DNA of 64,000 bases, from positions 160,001-224,000 of the forward strand of contig CAVVKN010000009.1 in NCBI GenBank assembly GCA_963748825.1, given 5' to 3'. Origin of the DNA: Methanotrichaceae archaeon. Lineage in GTDB: Archaea; Halobacteriota; Methanosarcinia; Methanotrichales; Methanotrichaceae. The position numbers and the translations under genes are program-made. The notes under the pieces are model-generated. The model saw nothing but the letters and a program-made list of their open reading frames with translations. It had not been told where the DNA came from and made no database searches. This document shows, in pieces, positions 60,986 through 64,000 of this stretch; the stretch's first letter is position 1; every line of letters begins with the position of its first letter.

Positions 60986-61891
60986 ATGATTTGCTCCAAA
61001 TGCAATGAGAGGGCTATTATCTCCCAGCGCTACTCCGGGCAGCACCTCTGCCAGGACCACTTCATCCAGGATTTTGAGAGACGAGTGGCAGAGACTGTGC
61101 ATAAAAACAACATGGTCAAGGACGGCGAGCGCATTGCTGTGGCCGTGAGCGGGGGCAAGGACAGCACCGCTCTGCTCTTTTGCCTGTGCAAGATCCTGGC
61201 GAAAAGGGATGTAGAGCTTGTGGCTGTCACCGTGGACGAGGGCATTGCCGGTTACAGGGATGACACCATAAAAGCGGCGAGAGCCATTGCCAAGAAGCTC
61301 GCAGTCGAGCAGCATATCGTCTCCTTCCGGGAGGAGTACGGCTACGACCTGGACGAAATGGTGCAGGGAAAAAAGGTCGCGCCCTGCACCTATTGCGGTG
61401 TCTTTCGCAAGAACGCTCTCAACAAAGCTGCAAAACGCATGGGGGCAGATAAAGTCGCCACCGGCCACAATCTGGACGATGAGGCGCAGACCATTATGAT
61501 GAACTATCTGAAGGGTGATTTCGAGAGGCTGATGCGCTTTAGGCCTTGGCATGCTCAAAGTGGCTTGGTGCCCCGCATCAAGCCTCTTCGAGAGATGCCT
61601 GAAAAGGAGATCGCCCTCTATTGCATGGTAAATGAAGTCTTCTCGGAATCCCGGGAGTGCCCCTATGCCAATCTCTCCCTGCGGGCGGATGTGAGGGATA
61701 TGATGAATTGCCTGGAGAGCCAGTTTCCCGGCACGAAGCATTCCACAGTGCAGGGATTTGAGAAGATCGCGGCGAAGGCGCAGGGCAGCTATGCACAGAT
61801 GGATCTTGCCGCCTGCCGAGAGTGCGGCGAGCCCTGCGTCAAGGAGCTATGCAAAGCCTGCGAGCTATTGGGGCTATTAAGATCGGGATAA
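60986..61891 (+). CDS. tRNA 2-thiolation protein, TtuA/NcsA (Ctu1) family
   Basis: N-terminal CxxC..C..H, SGGKDS, PCTYCG, TGHNLDD, RIKPL, ECPY and C-terminal CxxC/CxxC. Confidence 0.9.
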   Translation: MICSKCNERAIISQRYSGQHLCQDHFIQDFERRVAETVHKNNMVKDGERIAVAVSGGKDSTALLFCLCKILAKRDVELVAVTVDEGIAGYRDDTIKAARAIAKKLAVEQHIVSFREEYGYDLDEMVQGKKVAPCTYCGVFRKNALNKAAKRMGADKVATGHNLDDEAQTIMMNYLKGDFERLMRFRPWHAQSGLVPRIKPLREMPEKEIALYCMVNEVFSESRECPYANLSLRADVRDMMNCLESQFPGTKHSTVQGFEKIAAKAQGSYAQMDLAACRECGEPCVKELCKACELLGLLRSG

Positions 61892-61983
61892 AGCGATTCA
61901 AATAACTCTCATTGATTTATCGAGCAGAATCGGCTATCGGCTTGAATCGGGCAGGATTTGCCTGTACCTGCTCCCTGGGCCCG

Positions 61984-62487
61984 CTAATATACCGTTACCC
62001 TCTTTACGCCCTCAATATCCATGAGCAGGCGCACCAGGTCTCCCGGGATTTTGCCTTCCGTGATGAGGGTGAGCTTGGGGCTCTCCACAAAATATGGGTC
62101 GTCGGATACGGCCTGGCGGATGGAAAGGCCGTTTTTGGCCACAGCACTGGCCACATCTCCCAGAAGGCCGGTCTTGGCAGCATCGACCGGCGTAATTTCT
62201 ATCACACCCAAGCCCAAAATAGGCGCCACATCTCCTAAGAATGTCATGGAGCGCACATTCTTGAAGATCTTCCATAAATCCTCATCCTCGCGAATGGCCT
62301 GGGCGGTGGTGTCCACCACCCGGCGGTCCACGTTCAACTCCTTGGCGATCTGGGCATGAGGAATCTCTATATGGCCCGATACAACGCGAGAGGCATCGTT
62401 GATCTGAAAGCCCCTTTGCAGGATGAGACGGATGACCTTCTCCTGAGCCGGGAACCTTTTAAACTTGTTTAAAATCTCCTGCCACAT
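61984..62487 (-). CDS. ACT-domain regulator of amino acid metabolism
   Basis: IPHAQIAKELNVDRRVV, APILGLGVIEI and ISIRQAVSDDP-like (LSIRQAVSDDP) motifs; likely start MWQEIL at 62487. Confidence 0.85.
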   Translation of the reverse strand: MWQEILNKFKRFPAQEKVIRLILQRGFQINDASRVVSGHIEIPHAQIAKELNVDRRVVDTTAQAIREDEDLWKIFKNVRSMTFLGDVAPILGLGVIEITPVDAAKTGLLGDVASAVAKNGLSIRQAVSDDPYFVESPKLTLITEGKIPGDLVRLLMDIEGVKRVTVY

Positions 62488-62562
62488 GATGGGTCCTTTT
62501 AGTAATTCCCTTAAAGGGTACAAAAGGGCTTCCTTTGAGACACAATAGCCCTTTTCCTGTCT

Positions 62563-63663
62563 CTAAGAGAACATCTCTCTGGGAGGCTGGCGGTACTCCT
62601 TTCTGGCCTTGGGAATGGTCTCTTCCAGATGCCTTTGTGTGACGTTGCACTCCTCCATGATAGCATGGTGAAGCGCTGCCTTGAGCACCTTCTCTACCAG
62701 ATCCCGTCCTGAAAAGCCCTCGGTTTGGCGGGCAATCTCGCTCAGATTCACGTTCTCCATCGCGAGAGGTAAGGTGGCGGCATTCTTCTCCAATAGGCGC
62801 AAGCGCTCCTCAAGGCTTGGCAGTTTGAACTCGATCTCCTCCTCGAAACGGGACCGCACCGATGCATCCAGAACCTCTATCTGGTTGGTGGCCGCGATAG
62901 TGCAAACCCCAGTTCGATTGGAGATTCCATCCATCTCTGTTAGGAGAGAGTTCACGATCTCCGATACATCGCCTCTTAGATCCTGATACCTTCGGTCGAG
63001 TGCAATGGCATCCAGCTCATCGATGAATATGATGCAGGGTGCATTCTCCGCGGCTTTTTCATAAAGGCTGTGAATCTGCCGGGCCCCCTCGCCCACGAAC
63101 TCTCCGATCAGGCTGGTGGACTTTACTGCCAGCATAGGCACCCCAGTCTTGGCCGAGAGCGCTTTAGCGATCATGGTCTTTCCAGTCCCCGATACACCGT
63201 AAAATAGAATGTTGCGCGGAGCCCACCGCCCAAATTTCTCCGGATCAGCTAGGAATTTTTCTACTATCTTGACCTTGCGCTTAGCCGTCTCCTGGCCGAT
63301 GACATCATCAAAGCAGACATCGTACACTACCTTATTCTTGGGTTCAGCCTTTTGCTCTACCTTGATGGTGGTCTGTGAGCCCATCACCGAATATCTGGGG
63401 TAGACTTTGACCACCTGGAAGGCAAAGTCCGGATAAAGCCTGCTATCAAATAGGTAGCTACCAGGGAGCAGTTTCTCTCCGTACCACTGTTCTTGGGCAT
63501 AAAGCTCGAATAGCTTGGGGTCAGAGACGACAGGATGCTCCTGAAATATGCTCTTCAGGGGGTAGCCCGCCGGCCGCAAGAGCACAAATCTTGCACCGAT
63601 TGCCTTTCGCTTCTCCAGCTTCGCCCCTTGTGCCTTGCTTTGGCTCTTTTGGATAGATCGCAC
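62563..63663 (-). CDS. Archaeal AAA+ ATPase
   Basis: DDVIGQE, Walker A GVSGTGKT, Walker B FIDELDA, ATN, RSRFEEE and GFSGRD; likely GTG start at 63663. Confidence 0.92.
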   Translation of the reverse strand: MRSIQKSQSKAQGAKLEKRKAIGARFVLLRPAGYPLKSIFQEHPVVSDPKLFELYAQEQWYGEKLLPGSYLFDSRLYPDFAFQVVKVYPRYSVMGSQTTIKVEQKAEPKNKVVYDVCFDDVIGQETAKRKVKIVEKFLADPEKFGRWAPRNILFYGVSGTGKTMIAKALSAKTGVPMLAVKSTSLIGEFVGEGARQIHSLYEKAAENAPCIIFIDELDAIALDRRYQDLRGDVSEIVNSLLTEMDGISNRTGVCTIAATNQIEVLDASVRSRFEEEIEFKLPSLEERLRLLEKNAATLPLAMENVNLSEIARQTEGFSGRDLVEKVLKAALHHAIMEECNVTQRHLEETIPKARKEYRQPPREMFS

Positions 63664-63781
63664 GGTATAAATCTTGCCGGTATTGATAGTTAAATGTATT
63701 GGCCTTTGCCCAGGGTTCCGACAGTAATTAATATTACCTCTTCCAAGCAGTAGCCAAAGAATATGCAGTAGGAGGATCTTC

Positions 63782-63877
63782 ATGGCAGGTGGAAATGGGC
63801 TGGCAATCGGTTTGATGGTTATTGGATTCGTAATACTATTCTTAGTGCCTCTCGCCTTCTTGACTAGCTTGTTCTAG
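63782..63877 (+). CDS. 31-aa single-transmembrane small protein
   Basis: AGGAGG 6 nt before the ATG; MAGGNGLAIGLMVIGFVILFLVPLAFLTSLF*; followed by GCCG-AA-CGGC and a T-tract. Confidence 0.65.
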   Translation: MAGGNGLAIGLMVIGFVILFLVPLAFLTSLF

Positions 63878-64000
63878 TCTAAAGGAGCCGAACGGCAAGT
63901 TTTTTATTTTTCATTTGCCATTATAGCTTTGTCTACCAGTTTGCAGTGGTCCGGCAGCTGATTTGCGACCGCGTTTCTTTGCTTAAATAAATAGCTAAAT

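Noticed and set aside
63664-63783. Signal-peptide-like N-terminal extension of the AAA ATPase
   Set aside because: It overlaps the divergent promoter/RBS region of the small + strand ORF; the GTG at 63663 is the more plausible start.

Overview
This window looks like a methanogenic archaeon of the Methanosarcinales, most like Methanothrix (Methanosaeta); the taxon is inferred from gene content, not from a database search. In order it holds: a housekeeping block (SWIM Zn-finger protein, methyltransferase, isochorismatase, truA, leuC/aksD, trpB2, MFS transporter); the complete A1AO ATP synthase operon (H-I-K-E-C-F-A-B-D); a central-carbon cluster (form III RuBisCO, bacterial-type class I FBPase, long class II aldolase, bifunctional FBP aldolase/phosphatase, and a two-subunit AOR-family enzyme resembling GOR); a ~25 kb glycosylation locus (two GlmU-like genes, glmS, a Wbp-type diacetamido-uronic acid pathway, AsnB-like amidotransferase, glycosyltransferases, a pseudaminic-acid pathway, a flippase, a TnpB remnant); aksA; a Dph6-glutamine amidotransferase fusion; cobQ; a sulfur-trafficking operon (HTH regulator, larE, cysteine desulfurase, fdhD, ttuA/ncsA); an ACT-domain regulator; an AAA ATPase; and an unannotated 31-aa membrane peptide. 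About ten single-base frameshifts, nearly all +1 insertions and one in essential atpB, point to consensus errors rather than true pseudogenes. I recognised no tRNA, rRNA or CRISPR array. The best candidates for new biology are the RuBisCO-FBP-GOR cluster, the Dph6-GATase fusion and the Fe-S sulfur-insertase operon.
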